DNA from: a virus
Taxonomy: Duplodnaviria; Caudoviricetes
Reading direction: 5' to 3' (one strand)
IMG/VR virus record: IMGVR_UViG_3300048901_000076
Location: 1-37,915 of that record
Length of the DNA stretch: 37,915 bases
Positions 35,479-37,915 of the stretch are shown piece after piece. A program made the position numbers and the translations under genes. Numbering within the stretch: the first letter of the stretch is position 1; every line of letters begins with the position of its first letter. The notes beneath the pieces are model-generated. The model was not told the DNA's origin and ran no database searches. It worked only from the letters and a program-made list of their open reading frames with translations.

Positions 35479-35955
35479 TTACGCCACGGCTTCCTTGACT
35501 GCCGCCTTGGCGCCTTTCTTGAGTAGTTCTTCGATCTGCTTCGTCGCGAAGTCCGATGCGAACTTGGTTGCTTGTTGCTTGCCGACGTTGACCAAGATCT
35601 CCGTGACGAACTTCATCGCTTGCTGCTTCTTCGACGGCGGTTGAAGTCGAGCAAGCTGCTGTTGCAGATTCATTCGCGTCACAAGTTCTTGTAAATCTTT
35701 GGTCGACAAAGCATCAGTAGAGCTCTTCTTTGCAGTCTGCTTCGACGTCGCTACTTTGATCGCGTCCGGGTGCGCGGGCGCGTGCGAGCCCCCGGAGGTT
35801 TTGACACGTTGGCCAGGAACGTGATGCACCTCAACCGGCTGATGAGCTCCACCGCCGCCTCCGCCTCCAGAGCGATTTCGAATGACGCCCCACTTCATGC
35901 CTTTGACTCCGAAGTGAGCCAGAACTTGCTCTAGACTGAGACCGGCGGTGTCCAC
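35479..35955 (-). CDS. 'LAH(Y/F)GVKGMKWG' motif protein
   Basis: VLAHFGVKGMKWGV near the N-terminus, a motif common in head-region genes of this phage type. Confidence 0.8.
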   Translation of the reverse strand: MDTAGLSLEQVLAHFGVKGMKWGVIRNRSGGGGGGGAHQPVEVHHVPGQRVKTSGGSHAPAHPDAIKVATSKQTAKKSSTDALSTKDLQELVTRMNLQQQLARLQPPSKKQQAMKFVTEILVNVGKQQATKFASDFATKQIEELLKKGAKAAVKEAVA

Positions 35956-36290
35956 GAATCACCCTCCCTCACTACGTTTAGACGCCATTCCAATTCTTGG
36001 ACTTGATTCTTCATTGCTTCGATCGCGTACGATGTTGTTGGGGGGTCGAACAAGAGACGCACTCGAAGGACAACGTATGTCTTCACGCCGTTCATGCGAA
36101 CGTCGGTCTGGAAGTCATCCCACGTGGGCGTGTCGTCCTCAATCTCGAACCCATCAGTAGGTCCGATCCCCAATTGATTGAGAGTGCCGAAGGCCGTATT
36201 GATGTGCATCAGAATATCGGGATCGAAGGCAGTGTAAGATTCGTCAATCCCGAGGAGCTTCTTGACGCTAGTCAAGATACTATCGGCCAC
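35931..36290 (-). CDS. Head-tail adaptor/connector
   Basis: DSILTSVKKLLGI...FDPDILMHIN...VRLLFDPP...ELEWRL; GTG 36290 has the better SD spacing. Confidence 0.75.
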   Translation of the reverse strand: MADSILTSVKKLLGIDESYTAFDPDILMHINTAFGTLNQLGIGPTDGFEIEDDTPTWDDFQTDVRMNGVKTYVVLRVRLLFDPPTTSYAIEAMKNQVQELEWRLNVVREGDSWTPPVSV

Positions 36291-36312
36291 GTGGAACACC
36301 TCCCTCTAGTGG

Positions 36313-37062
36313 CTAATACTTGTAGCCCTGCTTCTTCAGTTCTGTGTGCGTGTTCGGACCGACGATGCCATCCTCCGTGAGATCCGTACGCTTCTGGAAC
36401 TCCTTGACCCAGGCCTCGGTCTGATCGCCGAAGTTGCCATCGACGCCGATGAGAACACCAGGCTTGATAGTAACGGAATCCTTGTACGCCGGGAAGACGT
36501 CGTGAAGGAACTGCTGAAGATGCGTGACATCTTCGCCGTCGTCGCCCTTCTTGATGGTGTGGAAAGTCGGCTTCGGCGGAACTGGCGCCGGTGTTGGAGT
36601 GGCTGCGTGGATCTTGGCGGCAAGACGAGCAACCGCAGCCGCTCCGGCATTGATCTCGAAGTGCATCTCGTCGACACGACCCGAATAGTCGCCACCCCAG
36701 CGAACTACACCGCCACAGAACTGGAGAATCTTTCGGATTGCCAGAACCTTCGCCGGAGAGAAGGTGCCGCCGCGGCCCATCGGGTGATGATCGGCGTTCA
36801 GATCGATCGCCGTCCCCGAGGCATGGTTGCTGACTGTGGCGCTGCCTTCGATCTCCTTGTAGTCGTAACCCCAGCAGGTTCCATCGACGAGCGGTTCGAC
36901 TGTCTCGTCGAACTTCTGCGCGACATACAGAAGAACTGTCGCCACGTCACCACTCTTGACACCTTGGGGCAGATCGACCTTCGTGCCGGGAACCGTAGGA
37001 TTCGTGACACCGATTGCTGTCTTGTCTCGATTGGCTGGCCAACCGTTCTGGCTGACAGTCAT
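36313..37062 (-). CDS. Endolysin: M15-family Zn peptidase plus peptidoglycan-binding domain
   Basis: SNHASGTAIDLN...WGGDY...DEMHFE; C-terminal VDGNFGDQTEAWVKEFQ...DGIVGPNT. Confidence 0.9.
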   Translation of the reverse strand: MTVSQNGWPANRDKTAIGVTNPTVPGTKVDLPQGVKSGDVATVLLYVAQKFDETVEPLVDGTCWGYDYKEIEGSATVSNHASGTAIDLNADHHPMGRGGTFSPAKVLAIRKILQFCGGVVRWGGDYSGRVDEMHFEINAGAAAVARLAAKIHAATPTPAPVPPKPTFHTIKKGDDGEDVTHLQQFLHDVFPAYKDSVTIKPGVLIGVDGNFGDQTEAWVKEFQKRTDLTEDGIVGPNTHTELKKQGYKY

Positions 37063-37078
37063 GTGTATTCTCCTTTCA

Positions 37079-37486
37079 TTACCACATCTTTGTGTCGCCG
37101 GCTCTACGAGCGATAAGAGGTCGTACTAACAATCTCTCGTCACCGTAATGAATGGCGTTGTGTGTTCGATGTGTTGTTGTGATGAGATAGTTGGGGTCGA
37201 GTATCGCTTCGTCCGAATCACGAATGTTAATCGCAACGATTGGGTTCATATGATGAATATAGAGATGAGTATGAATCTCGTATCCCTCAATTCCCAAATC
37301 GCATCCGTTATCACGAACGATTACGTGGTCTCGAACCTGTTTCCATTCGCGTGAGTGATAGAACGCTTGATTCATCCATCGATCGAAGCCGAAGGTTGAT
37401 TCTCCAACGACTCCTTTCAATTCCAAGTATCGATAACGCTCAGAAAACGTTCTCAAGCTTCGAAGTTCCGAATAAGATCTATTCAT
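37079..37486 (-). CDS. HNH endonuclease (packaging-associated)
   Basis: WKQVRDHVIVRDNGCDLG...IHHMNP...NYLITTTHRTHNAIH; ATG 37486 overlaps the end of the upstream gene. Confidence 0.85.
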   Translation of the reverse strand: MNRSYSELRSLRTFSERYRYLELKGVVGESTFGFDRWMNQAFYHSREWKQVRDHVIVRDNGCDLGIEGYEIHTHLYIHHMNPIVAINIRDSDEAILDPNYLITTTHRTHNAIHYGDERLLVRPLIARRAGDTKMW

Positions 37487-37832
37487 CGTAGTCTTCTTCA
37501 CGATGTTCAGGTTCTCTTCCGGAATAACGGCCCATTGCACGAATGGCTTCTGCGTAAAGCTCTTCCATCCGGCCTTGAGCCGCCATCGCTTCGACTTTGG
37601 CTTCGAGAAGTTTGTTCTCAGCTTTGTACTTCTCTTGTTCGAGCTTTTCTCGTGATGAACCGAGCTTCAAAAAATGACTGATGACTTGTGCTGATGCAGT
37701 TCCTGCTCGAATCTGCTTCTCGGCGAGATCAAAAGCCGCAGCGACCAGCTGGTTTTCTCTTCCCTCAGGAGTTGTTGCCGGCCGATGGGGTGTTTGGCTC
37801 TCATCCCTATGACTTGCACGACGAGGCGGCAC
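37479..37832 (-). CDS. Probable first gene of the genome, possible terminase small subunit
   Basis: Helical 117-aa protein with strong SD GAAAGGAG, upstream of HNH and terminase; function inferred from position. Confidence 0.6.
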   Translation of the reverse strand: MPPRRASHRDESQTPHRPATTPEGRENQLVAAAFDLAEKQIRAGTASAQVISHFLKLGSSREKLEQEKYKAENKLLEAKVEAMAAQGRMEELYAEAIRAMGRYSGREPEHREEDYDE

Positions 37833-37915
37833 GGTTTCAACTCCTTTCTAGAATAGATTCCCCGTGCTTTACTGGGAGACTTCCTGCCAAATATCCCCCC
37901 GGAGCTTTTTTTAGG

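Noticed and set aside
35846-35869. Gly-run (GGC/GGA) as a phase-variable repeat
   Set aside because: Mixed codons, in frame; consistent with a simple flexible linker.
37079-37486. HNH gene as a mobile homing endonuclease or intron
   Set aside because: Small stand-alone HNH, coupled to its neighbours in the packaging region, with no interrupted gene; fits a terminase-associated HNH.

Overview
About 38 kb of a tailed dsDNA phage (siphovirus) genome, with essentially all real genes on the minus strand. The window starts (right end) near the probable genome end and is cut inside a helicase at the left. Gene order from right to left: small terminase-region gene, HNH nuclease, M15-peptidase/PG-binding endolysin, head-tail adaptor, terminase large subunit, portal, fused protease-scaffold-capsid, head/tail completion genes, two major-tail paralogues, tape measure, Dit/Gp37-like baseplate, FN3 tail-tip protein, holins, a membrane-protein-rich accessory region, two DUF6353-like paralogues, a 1265-aa helicase-primase-family B polymerase fusion, SSB, small genes, and an SF2 helicase. 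This architecture resembles actinobacteriophages of the Arthrobacter AU/AM, Streptomyces BI and Rhodococcus ReqiPepy6 type (from recollection, not a search). The most notable unexplained structure: (1) a 33-bp promoter-like motif (TCGC-N7-ACA-N5-TATAATGAGA) in five copies, four of them heading promoter-RBS-small membrane gene-terminator cassettes; (2) a ~240-nt multi-stem intergenic element (13172-13411) that looks like a structured ncRNA, and a ~100-nt rod hairpin (3461-3561), each directly upstream of a promoter copy; (3) four diverged paralogues of one ~90-aa family, possibly anti-defence sponges; (4) a recurring hydrophobic-x-His motif that may be the head-protease cleavage signal. No CRISPR array, tRNA, integrase or reverse transcriptase was seen. 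All family assignments come from reading motifs by eye.
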